Assembly (NCBI GenBank): GCA_009698745.1
Contig: WLPO01000001.1
Location: 1 to 46,636, forward strand
DNA length: 46,636 nt
Direction: 5' to 3'
DNA from: Actinomycetota bacterium
GTDB taxonomy: Bacteria; Actinomycetota; Acidimicrobiia; Acidimicrobiales; Ilumatobacteraceae
The translations under genes were made by a program, and so were the position numbers. Below, in pieces: positions 17,649-25,340 of this stretch. Below the pieces are notes generated by a model. That model was not told the DNA's origin. It worked only from the letters and a program-made list of their open reading frames with translations, and made no database searches. The stretch's first letter is position 1. Every line of letters begins with the position of its first letter.

Positions 17649-18379
17649 CCAAACCATTGCATCCAATCCGCCTGCGTTTTCGGCTTGAAGACATAGTTGG
17701 TTTCACGTACTTCGTCAAGTGGTCGGGATGAAGGATCTGAATATCTATGTCCCGGAAAGACGATTGTTTTATCAGGCAGGGCAGCAAGAGTGTTGAGGCT
17801 TTCATACATCTGTTCAGGGTTCGATCCAGGAAGATCAGTGCGACCGCAGCCCTCGAGAAAAAGTGTGTCGCCAGCGACGAGGCAGTTGTCCACGAGGAAA
17901 CATTGACTGCCTGGTGTGTGGCCAGGGGTATGGATCAGACATATTTCAACCTGTCCGACCTTGATTGTGTCGCCAGGCTGATGTTGGTGCAGGTGATCAA
18001 CTGTTACGCCGGTAGTTCTCATCACCCATTCAGACTCGAGTTCTTGCACGTGAATTGGGATATCAACCTGATCGAGTAGCGCTGCGATGCCATCAATATT
18101 CCAACCCATCATCGAGCCCCCGACGTGATCGGGGTGATAGTGAGTTGCCAATGCACCAACCACTCGCATCTCATCAGTTGCTGCAATGTCGAGTAACTCC
18201 TTGACTGCATATGCAGGGTCTACGATCACGCATTCTCGGCTATCCGTATCTCCAATCAAGTACACAAAATTGACCATTTGCTCTGCCACTTGATTTCCGA
18301 TCGCGAAATCTCTACCCGATAATAATTGCCTGAAATACAGGGAACTTGACTGGGGGTTGGATTGGTTGCCGTCACTCAT
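17645..18379 (-). CDS. MBL-fold metallo-hydrolase, persulfide dioxygenase (ETHE1)/glyoxalase II-like
   Basis: THYHPDHVGG (HxHxDH), HTPGHTPG and GDTLFLEGCGRTDLPG. The GCGRTD motif favours the persulfide dioxygenase type. Confidence 0.75.
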   Translation of the reverse strand: MSDGNQSNPQSSSLYFRQLLSGRDFAIGNQVAEQMVNFVYLIGDTDSRECVIVDPAYAVKELLDIAATDEMRVVGALATHYHPDHVGGSMMGWNIDGIAALLDQVDIPIHVQELESEWVMRTTGVTVDHLHQHQPGDTIKVGQVEICLIHTPGHTPGSQCFLVDNCLVAGDTLFLEGCGRTDLPGSNPEQMYESLNTLAALPDKTIVFPGHRYSDPSSRPLDEVRETNYVFKPKTQADWMQWFG

Positions 18380-19507
18380 ATTTCTAGATTAGCGATCTAC
18401 GATAAAGAGGTGCCCGCTGTTGATGTCAAAATTTTGAAATACGCCATCGTCGGAAGCGGCATGATGGGCCTAGAACACATCCGTAATTTGATCGAGATGC
18501 CAAATACGCAAATTATTGCCGTATGCGATCCACACACTCCAAGCCTCGAAAAGGCCAGACGCGCACTTAATCGTGTTGAAGGTGTGCGGTACTTTGTGAA
18601 CTACAAGGACTTGCTCGCAAATTGCCAAGCCGATGTGGTGGTGATCGCGACCCCTAATCACACCCACATGGAAATCGCCGAAGAAGTTATGCGTACGGGT
18701 AAGCATGTGCTGATTGAGAAGCCGCTGTGCACAACGGTATCTGACTGCAAGAAACTGATTGAGTTGCAAACGGATGCACAGTCGGAAAATCAAGTCGTTT
18801 GGGTTGGTCTTGAATATCGGTACATGGCGCCGACTAGACGGGTTTTGCAAGAGATAGGAAGGGGGGCAGTTGGCTCAGTAAAGATGATTTCGATACGTGA
18901 ACATCGATACCCGTTTTTAGAAAAAGTTGAAGACTGGAATCGTTTTAATGTCAATACTGGTGGAACCCTTGTTGAGAAGTGCTGTCATTTCTTTGACCTC
19001 ATGTGTTTGATCGCCAACAGTCGTCCTGTGTCTGTGATAGCTAGCGGATCACAAGATGTCAACCACCTCAACGAAAAATACGATGGTAAGACTCCAGACA
19101 TCTTGGACAATGCGTTTGTCATAGTGAACTTTGAAAATGGAGTTCGTGGTTTGTTGGATCTCTGCATGTTCGCAGAGGCATCAAAGAACGAGCAGGAGAT
19201 ATGCGTTGTTGGTGATGCAGGCAAAATTGAAGCGATGATTTCAGAATCAATAGTGCGAGTGGGCAGGCGTAAAGATGGTTACGGATCGTTTCAGGAATAT
19301 GCGATTGAAATTGACCAAAATATTGTGAAGGGCTTTCATCACGGAGCTTCTTATGTTGAACACATACAGTTCCAACATGCTGTGCATAACAATTTTCAAG
19401 CCGAGGTTGGATTACTCGATGGATTGTTGTCAGTCGCAATTGGTCAGGCAGCGCATTTATCAATTGACGAGAAGCGTCTTGTTCAGATGAGCGAGGTGTT
19501 GTCTTGA
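18362..19507 (+). CDS. Gfo/Idh/MocA-family NAD(P)-dependent oxidoreductase
   Basis: Rossmann motif YAIVGSGMMG, EKPL motif LIEKPLC, and a C-terminal alpha/beta domain. The TTG at 18362 overlaps the divergent gene, so GTG at 18410 (VPAVDVKILKYAIVG) is the more likely start. Confidence 0.85.
   Translation: MVAVTHISRLAIYDKEVPAVDVKILKYAIVGSGMMGLEHIRNLIEMPNTQIIAVCDPHTPSLEKARRALNRVEGVRYFVNYKDLLANCQADVVVIATPNHTHMEIAEEVMRTGKHVLIEKPLCTTVSDCKKLIELQTDAQSENQVVWVGLEYRYMAPTRRVLQEIGRGAVGSVKMISIREHRYPFLEKVEDWNRFNVNTGGTLVEKCCHFFDLMCLIANSRPVSVIASGSQDVNHLNEKYDGKTPDILDNAFVIVNFENGVRGLLDLCMFAEASKNEQEICVVGDAGKIEAMISESIVRVGRRKDGYGSFQEYAIEIDQNIVKGFHHGASYVEHIQFQHAVHNNFQAEVGLLDGLLSVAIGQAAHLSIDEKRLVQMSEVLS
18387..18392 (-). 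promoter_or_regulatory. Candidate -10 box (TAATCT on the minus strand) 6 nt upstream of the ATG at 18379; overlaps a plus-strand TAGATT (18385-18390)
   Basis: The minus strand reads TAATCTagaaatATG. The same tctagattag segment also provides a plus-strand TANNNT facing the divergent gene. Confidence 0.45.
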
Positions 19508-20946
19508 AGAACCTCGGTGCGAATGACATCGTTCTCATCGATGGATCACCACACAGAATCGGTGAAGCAATAGCAAACAGTTTTGTGTTAGGTGATCGAT
19601 TGATTGGTTTGAGTGGGGGCCAAATCTTGCATATTCCTCAAGCTGATCTAATCATCAGTCATGATGCTGTTTCGCAGAGTGCCATGGCATTTGAGGAAAT
19701 GAAAGCTACATTGCCAGAACAAATAACTGCGTTCTATCAAGAGTTTGCACGGCTACTCGGCGATGAACAAATCTTTCGTCAAATACGGACCGTTAATGAG
19801 GCTGATGTTTCAATTGCGAAATGCAGGGGGCGATCTACGACCCGCCTGACACTCACGGACTCAATGCGTCGCGACATGATCAATGCGCTCCTGACGTGGG
19901 CTCGAACTCCACAAGTGAATGGGTCAATTTTGGAGACGACCGAACATAGTGGGTGGCAGGTTTCATCGATTAAGGCGCCATTGGGAGTGGTTGCGTTTGT
20001 GTTTGAGGGCAGACCAAACGTATTTGCCGACGCCACCGGTGTATTGCGTTCAGGGAATTCTTGTGTGTTCAGAATTGGCAGTGATGCTTTGCCGACGGCC
20101 CAAGCCATAATGGATCTTGCAGTGCGACCCGCATTGCTGATGAGCGGATTGCCCGTTGGTGCAGTAATGCTCGTCGAATCTCGATCGCATGCGAGTGGTT
20201 GGGCATTGTTTTCTGACAGGCGTGTTTCGCTTGCTATCGCGAGAGGCAGTGGTAAAGCAGTTGCTCAGTTGGGATCAGTTGCCCAACAGCATGGCATTGC
20301 GGCGAGTCTGCATGGAATGGGTGGCGCGTGGATGATTGCGGGTGAACACGCCGACTCACGATGGTTTGAGCAAGTTGTGCGGAATTCGATCGATCGTAAG
20401 GTTTGCAATACGCTCAATGTCTGTTGCGTCTTGAGAGCTCGTGCCCAGGAGCTAGTTCCAATTTTTATAGAAGCGTTCGACGCGACAGCAAAGAATAAAG
20501 GTGTACGTGCTGTTCTTCACCTTGATGCTGAATCGAAGGCGATTCAATCAAAAGCGCTAAGTGCTACAACTTTCGTTGATCTGGATCCTTCAGACCTTTC
20601 AACTGAATGGGAATGGGAAGACAATCCAGAGTGTTCACTGGTCATCGTGGAGAATTTACAGGACGCAATCGCACTCTTTAACGAATCTGCGCCAAGGTTT
20701 ATTGTTTCAATAATTTCAGAAGACCCCGCAGAAAGGGAACAGGTTTGGCGTGAGGCAGATGCACCATTCGTCGGGAATGGAATGACGCGTTGGGTGGATG
20801 GTCAATTCGCTCTTGATAAACCCGAACTTGGACTTTCAAATTGGCAATCTGGCCGGATGCTTGGGCGTGGAGGAATCTTGTCAGGAGATTCGGTGTTCAG
20901 TGTTCGCCATATTGCAAATCAGTATGACGCTGACATACATCGTTAA
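19504..20946 (+). CDS. Gamma-glutamyl phosphate reductase (ProA)-like aldehyde dehydrogenase paralogue with a roughly 55-aa N-terminal extension
   Basis: 480 aa. FEGRPNV..SGNSCVFRIGS, VCNTLNVCCV (ProA catalytic-Cys block) and the C-terminal NGMTRWVDGQF..GLSNWQ..GRGG block are collinear with ProA. TTG start overlaps the upstream stop. Confidence 0.65.
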   Translation: MKNLGANDIVLIDGSPHRIGEAIANSFVLGDRLIGLSGGQILHIPQADLIISHDAVSQSAMAFEEMKATLPEQITAFYQEFARLLGDEQIFRQIRTVNEADVSIAKCRGRSTTRLTLTDSMRRDMINALLTWARTPQVNGSILETTEHSGWQVSSIKAPLGVVAFVFEGRPNVFADATGVLRSGNSCVFRIGSDALPTAQAIMDLAVRPALLMSGLPVGAVMLVESRSHASGWALFSDRRVSLAIARGSGKAVAQLGSVAQQHGIAASLHGMGGAWMIAGEHADSRWFEQVVRNSIDRKVCNTLNVCCVLRARAQELVPIFIEAFDATAKNKGVRAVLHLDAESKAIQSKALSATTFVDLDPSDLSTEWEWEDNPECSLVIVENLQDAIALFNESAPRFIVSIISEDPAEREQVWREADAPFVGNGMTRWVDGQFALDKPELGLSNWQSGRMLGRGGILSGDSVFSVRHIANQYDADIHR

Positions 20947-21791
20947 GCAAAAAGCTTGAGCTCAATATTGTCTATAAGGCGTACTCCGTCGATGATTCCT
21001 GCGAATAACACGATTGAATCTTTTGCGACTACATCAACATGACATTTGAGCGTTTGAGAATCGACAACAACTAGATATTCAACGGCTAGTTCCTGTTCGG
21101 TATCAAGGATGTTTCGTGCAACTTGCACAAGCGTGGCGCAATCCAACTGACCGGCATTGAAGGCTGAGCGTAGGGCGAAGAGAGCGTTTGGTATCACGAC
21201 AGCCTTTGCGCGGGCTAATGGGCTGAGTCGTGAATTTCTACTCGAAAGCGCTAATCCGTCAGAATCGCGAATAGTTTCAGAACAAAGAATCCTTAGCGAT
21301 GGGTGTAATGCGCGAGCCATGTCACGTATGACTGCAACTTGCTGATAATCCTTCGCGCCGAAAATTGCAGTGTGTGGCTGAACGAGATCAAATAGACGGT
21401 TGACGACCGTTACCACACCCGCGAAATGGCCAGGTCGTGATGCGCCTTCGAATTGTTCTGCGATAGGGGACGGTGTTACATAGTTGTCAAAGTTGGGTGG
21501 AAACATTTCCACCGTTGTAGGGGCAAAGACAATTGATGCACCTGCCGCGCTGCTCAATTCATGATCAGATTCGATCGAACGTGGATATCTATCGAAGTCG
21601 GAACTGTCACCAAACTGCAGTGCATTTACAAACACTGAGACAACGACTATGTCGCATTGCTCTGCCGCACGTTTAATAAGAGCTATATGCCCCTCGTGCA
21701 AAGCGCCCATCGTCGGAACGAACGCAATTGTTTGATCAAGGATGCTTGACCTCCAAATAGCCAATTGCTCAGTGGAATGAATGAGCGTCAT
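20943..21791 (-). CDS. panC: Pantoate--beta-alanine ligase
   Basis: FVPTMGALHEGH, FVNALQF and GAKDYQQ motifs. ATG at 21791 (MTLIHSTEQL) gives the canonical distance to PTMG. The longer ORF reaching 21905 runs 137 nt into panB. Confidence 0.95.
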   Translation of the reverse strand: MTLIHSTEQLAIWRSSILDQTIAFVPTMGALHEGHIALIKRAAEQCDIVVVSVFVNALQFGDSSDFDRYPRSIESDHELSSAAGASIVFAPTTVEMFPPNFDNYVTPSPIAEQFEGASRPGHFAGVVTVVNRLFDLVQPHTAIFGAKDYQQVAVIRDMARALHPSLRILCSETIRDSDGLALSSRNSRLSPLARAKAVVIPNALFALRSAFNAGQLDCATLVQVARNILDTEQELAVEYLVVVDSQTLKCHVDVVAKDSIVLFAGIIDGVRLIDNIELKLFA

Positions 21792-22590
21792 CGGGCCATT
21801 GTCCGTTGCGAACCTCGTTGACAAAATTTGAACAAGCATCGACACTTGCGGTTCGTATGTCTGCGTATTGTTTCGTGAACTTGAGATTGTGTGTAGTAAG
21901 CCCAAGAATGTCGTGAAGTACTAATACCTGACCATCACAATCAGGCCCAGCACCGATTCCAATAGTTGGTATGGAAACCTTTTGTGTGATCTCTTGCGCG
22001 AGTTGTCGTGGAATGCCCTCAAGCACTACAGCAAATGCGCCAGCCTGCTCGACGGAATGCGCATCTTCGAAAATACGCTCTCTGCCACCTGCATCGCGAT
22101 TGTCTGTACGACCCTGAACTCGATGACCACCCATGCGGTGGTAACTCTGGGGCGTGAGACCAATGTGGCCCATGACGGGAATATCAACTCGACTGATTGC
22201 CGCGATGGTGTCGTACATATTTACTCCACCTTCAAGCTTGACTGCTGATGCTCCAGCCTTAATCAATCTGATAGCACTGCGCACACCTTGCTCGGAATTT
22301 ACTTGGTACGAGCCGAAAGGCAGATCGCCCACAATGAGGGCCCGAGGTTGAGCACGGGCAACGAGTCGAACGTGATATTCCATCTCTTCGAGTGTCACGG
22401 GAATTGTCGTCGCTACACCTTGCACTACCGAACCAACAGAATCTCCAACAAGAATGATGTCAACGCCTGACTCGTCAACGATGGATGCAAATGTTGCGTC
22501 ATATGCGGTGATCATGGTGATTCGCTGCGATTCTCTTGCAGTCGACTTACGTTCAAGTATTTGGGGGACAGTAACTCTCGATCGAATCAT
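21769..22590 (-). CDS. panB: 3-methyl-2-oxobutanoate hydroxymethyltransferase
   Basis: ITMITAYD, LVGDS, VKLEGG, GHIGLTPQ and IGIGAG motifs. ATG at 22590 forms an ATGA overlap with the esterase stop; a TTG alternative lies at 22602. Confidence 0.95.
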   Translation of the reverse strand: MIRSRVTVPQILERKSTARESQRITMITAYDATFASIVDESGVDIILVGDSVGSVVQGVATTIPVTLEEMEYHVRLVARAQPRALIVGDLPFGSYQVNSEQGVRSAIRLIKAGASAVKLEGGVNMYDTIAAISRVDIPVMGHIGLTPQSYHRMGGHRVQGRTDNRDAGGRERIFEDAHSVEQAGAFAVVLEGIPRQLAQEITQKVSIPTIGIGAGPDCDGQVLVLHDILGLTTHNLKFTKQYADIRTASVDACSNFVNEVRNGQWPDDAHSFH

Positions 22591-24017
22591 GATTTCATCC
22601 AAAAGTTGTACACGAGGTTGTCGGGTGTCTCGTCATTTGCATGAAGAACTCTTGTTGGCACGTCAAATATCTTGACATTCCGATTTACGAGGTCATAAGG
22701 AGCCCAGTTCGGTCGTCCGGTGTTGCCAAGCGCGATCAACTCGCGCGACATTTCCTTAGCCAGTTCTGGGGCACTCGGATCATTGCCCGTGTAAACATGT
22801 ACCCGCTGAGACTCCACGTTATTGAAAATGAATGGAATATCCAATCCATGACTTGCTCCGAGTGCACCATCAAAAATCGGAGAGCTCCACGTGAACATAT
22901 ACGACCATGTGTTAGTCAACGTTTGTGCACGCTCGTTCAAAAGCTTCCACATGTGAAGTTTGAAATGAGAGTCTGTATCCACAGCCGCGATGATCTGTGT
23001 CGGCGAAAATTCGGGAAAACACGATGAATACAACGAGTAAATGTCATTTGCTCGATTGCCGTGGTTGGTCTGCAAAACGGCCAAAGCTTGTGGCTGGTCG
23101 AGGTTATTGAGAGCCGGATTGAGCAAATTGAAGATTCTAGATTCATCTCGTGTTGTGCCGATGACTAGATCAATCGGGTTGTTGGCGGCAGCACTGACAA
23201 CATCTTGGGCGAGGACCTTGCCATCGGCCGTTGGCGAGAAACCCTGCAGCCAAGTTTCGACGTCGGTGAGCATCGCATTTTGAACTTGCAAGAACTCTTC
23301 AGTCGTGAGTTGCTTCAAATCTTCCATGCTCGCGGCGTTTGCTACCTGAAGGAATCTCTCTTGCGACTTCGCTGCTAACTCCGGAGAACGTAATTGCCCT
23401 AGGGAAGGGCTCATTGCCCATGCTCTAGAGAACAATCCATTCGCGGATGGCGCTGCCATGAGCGCGATGACGCTGCAGCCGCCCGCGGATTGCCCACAAA
23501 TGGTGACTTGCTGTGGGTCTCCACCGAATGCAGAAATGTTGCTTTGCACCCACTGCAGTGCCGCTATTTGATCAAGGATTCCCAAGTTTTGATTTCCTAG
23601 AAAACCGAAAGCACCAAGTCGGTAACTGAGTGTCACAACGACGGCGTCGCCATCGAGCGTGAGACGCTCCGATTCGTTCCATGACAACGGTGGAGTGATG
23701 TTGGTGAAACCGCCGCCGTGGATCCAGACATACACCGGACGTAGTGACCCGTTCGCTTTGGGTGTAGTGATATTCAGAAAGAGGCAGTCTTCACTTTGCC
23801 CGGATTCGTCTGCGTTGAGTAGCTGCCGAAGCTGGCTTTCAGTTTGTGGGCATTCGGGACCGATCGTGAGTGCCTCAAGCACTCCAGACCATTGCGTTAC
23901 AAGAACAGGGGGTTCCAAGCGCTCGGCCGTGGCGAAACGAACACCTTTATAGACGGACACACCAGATGGGGAAATTGCGCCGCGAATCTGACCGCACGTT
24001 GTTTCGACTAATGACAT
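22587..24017 (-). CDS. Type-B carboxylesterase/lipase (para-nitrobenzyl esterase-like)
   Basis: 476 aa with EDCLFLN, WIHGGGF and the nucleophile elbow GQSAGG. No signal peptide. Confidence 0.9.
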   Translation of the reverse strand: MSLVETTCGQIRGAISPSGVSVYKGVRFATAERLEPPVLVTQWSGVLEALTIGPECPQTESQLRQLLNADESGQSEDCLFLNITTPKANGSLRPVYVWIHGGGFTNITPPLSWNESERLTLDGDAVVVTLSYRLGAFGFLGNQNLGILDQIAALQWVQSNISAFGGDPQQVTICGQSAGGCSVIALMAAPSANGLFSRAWAMSPSLGQLRSPELAAKSQERFLQVANAASMEDLKQLTTEEFLQVQNAMLTDVETWLQGFSPTADGKVLAQDVVSAAANNPIDLVIGTTRDESRIFNLLNPALNNLDQPQALAVLQTNHGNRANDIYSLYSSCFPEFSPTQIIAAVDTDSHFKLHMWKLLNERAQTLTNTWSYMFTWSSPIFDGALGASHGLDIPFIFNNVESQRVHVYTGNDPSAPELAKEMSRELIALGNTGRPNWAPYDLVNRNVKIFDVPTRVLHANDETPDNLVYNFWMKS

Positions 24018-24023
24018 CCGATC

Positions 24024-24029
24024 AGGCTA
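24024..24029 (-). promoter_or_regulatory. Candidate -10 box (TAGCCT on the minus strand) 6 nt upstream of the ATG at 24017 (leaderless-type)
   Basis: The minus strand reads TAGCCTgatcggATG with no SD. The divergent spacer is only 31 bp. Confidence 0.45.
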
Positions 24030-24034
24030 CCCAT

Positions 24035-24040
24035 TAGATT
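24035..24040 (+). promoter_or_regulatory. Candidate -10 box (TAGATT) 8 nt upstream of the ATG at 24049
   Basis: TAGATTttgagtgcATG, with no SD. Confidence 0.35.
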
Positions 24041-24048
24041 TTGAGTGC

Positions 24049-24699
24049 ATGTTCGGACGCTTACTTCATCGTGTATTTCAACCACTCTTGGAGCGGGGTA
24101 CTTCGTATGTTTGGGATTTGATGGGTCTGTATGGCGCCATCGGACCCGAAACAAATAAGGGCAAGCGCTTTGGCAAGTTTGGCGACGGGAGCATTATCTG
24201 TTTCCCTCAGACCACCATTTTCAATGAACGATACATACACATCGGTAGCGAGACGATGATTGGCTCGCACGTTGCACTATCTGCAGGAATGGTTCCCGGT
24301 CAAGTATGCCTGACCGATCCAGTGGTTCGAATCGGCGATCGCTGTCTCATCGGTAGGGGCAGCGGAATCGTAGGACACCTTTCAATTGATATTGGTAATG
24401 ACGTTTGGACAGGTCACCATGTGTACATCACTGATCAAAATCATGGATATGAAGACGTTGAACTTCCAATCTCACAACAAACTCAGATTGAACGTCCAGT
24501 TTCGATTGGTGATGGTTCGTGGCTTGGTGCAGGAGTCGTAGTTCTTCCTGGTGCGACAATCGGCAAACATGTAGCAGTAGGAGCAAATTCGGTTGTGACA
24601 GGCAACTTGCCCGATTACTGCGTTGCTGTTGGATCACCGGCGCGCGTAATAAAACAATATTCTTCATCTAGCGGCTGGGTTGCAGCAGACGAGTTTTAG
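24049..24699 (+). CDS. Hexapeptide-repeat (left-handed beta-helix) acyl/acetyltransferase
   Basis: Repeated [LIV]-G-x-x-x-x hexapeptides (IGSETMIGSHV, IGDRCLIGRGSGIVG, IGDGSWLGAGVVV, IGKHVAVGANSVV). Confidence 0.85.
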   Translation: MFGRLLHRVFQPLLERGTSYVWDLMGLYGAIGPETNKGKRFGKFGDGSIICFPQTTIFNERYIHIGSETMIGSHVALSAGMVPGQVCLTDPVVRIGDRCLIGRGSGIVGHLSIDIGNDVWTGHHVYITDQNHGYEDVELPISQQTQIERPVSIGDGSWLGAGVVVLPGATIGKHVAVGANSVVTGNLPDYCVAVGSPARVIKQYSSSSGWVAADEF

Positions 24700-25211
24700 A
24701 TAGACAAATCCATCGGTGGTTTGCAGGCAGTCATCGCATTATCTGCGGCGAACGTTGCGATTTTCTCGCTCAATGGAATACCCATCAGGATTGATTCTCC
24801 AAATGGCACATTGGTTCCAAGCCGAAGTTGCTTCGCGTAGTTGCGGCGGTCAACGATGTATGAGCGGTAATCAGTAATCCACAACGGAATTAGCGCCTGA
24901 CCTTTCGCGTCGGTAGGCGGCGTTTGTTCGAGTTGCACGAGCATGCGATCGAGGGTGTCAGTGGCTCGATCGACCAATTCGGCTCGTTTGATGAGTGCAT
25001 CAGCACCTGCCTGATTGAGTGGTCGAAAATCGGCCAACGTAATTCTTTCGTTGGCTGCATCCTGACAAATCAACTGAGCGCGCTTGGTCCATTCTCGATC
25101 GGCAATTTCATTGACTACCTCTTTGGATGCGAAAAAGAGAGCATAAACCCACATCGCGGCCAGAAGTGCGAAGACAACGGCGAGAGCGGAACGACCAAAT
25201 ATTTTTTTCAT
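24696..25211 (-). CDS. Membrane-anchored hypothetical protein (N-terminal signal anchor, helical extracytoplasmic domain)
   Basis: Start chosen at ATG 25211 (MKKIFGRSALAVVFALLAAMWVYALFF). The 46 codons upstream in the ORF track have no coding-like character. No recognisable family. Confidence 0.6.
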   Translation of the reverse strand: MKKIFGRSALAVVFALLAAMWVYALFFASKEVVNEIADREWTKRAQLICQDAANERITLADFRPLNQAGADALIKRAELVDRATDTLDRMLVQLEQTPPTDAKGQALIPLWITDYRSYIVDRRNYAKQLRLGTNVPFGESILMGIPLSEKIATFAADNAMTACKPPMDLSI

Positions 25212-25328
25212 GATTGCTGAACACTCAAGAAACTCACACTGTGAGCGTAGATGATGATCGAGATCACAACTCGATTTCGAACACAAATCCCAAGCCATTG
25301 TGTGATCAGTCACAATCGTGCAATACAT

Positions 25329-25334
25329 TAGACT
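25329..25334 (+). promoter_or_regulatory. Candidate -10 box (TAGACT) 6 nt upstream of the GTG at 25341 (leaderless-type)
   Basis: TAGACTgcttacGTG, with no SD. Confidence 0.45.
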
Positions 25335-25340
25335 GCTTAC

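Noticed and set aside
21792-21905. Long N-terminal extensions in the ORF track (panC to 21905, Sua5 to 39487, guaB1-like from 39357, cmk from 40745, membrane protein to 25349, DUF3151 from 43735)
   Set aside because: Each extension runs into the neighbouring gene and does not align with the family N-terminus. An internal ATG gives the canonical protein start, often with a coupling overlap or a -10 box at leaderless distance.
25233-25316. CRP/GlxR binding sites
   Set aside because: TGTGA and TCACA half-sites are present, but with spacings of 1 and 4 nt and in one case inverted order. The consensus is TGTGA-N6-TCACA. They are kept only as generic palindromic operator candidates.
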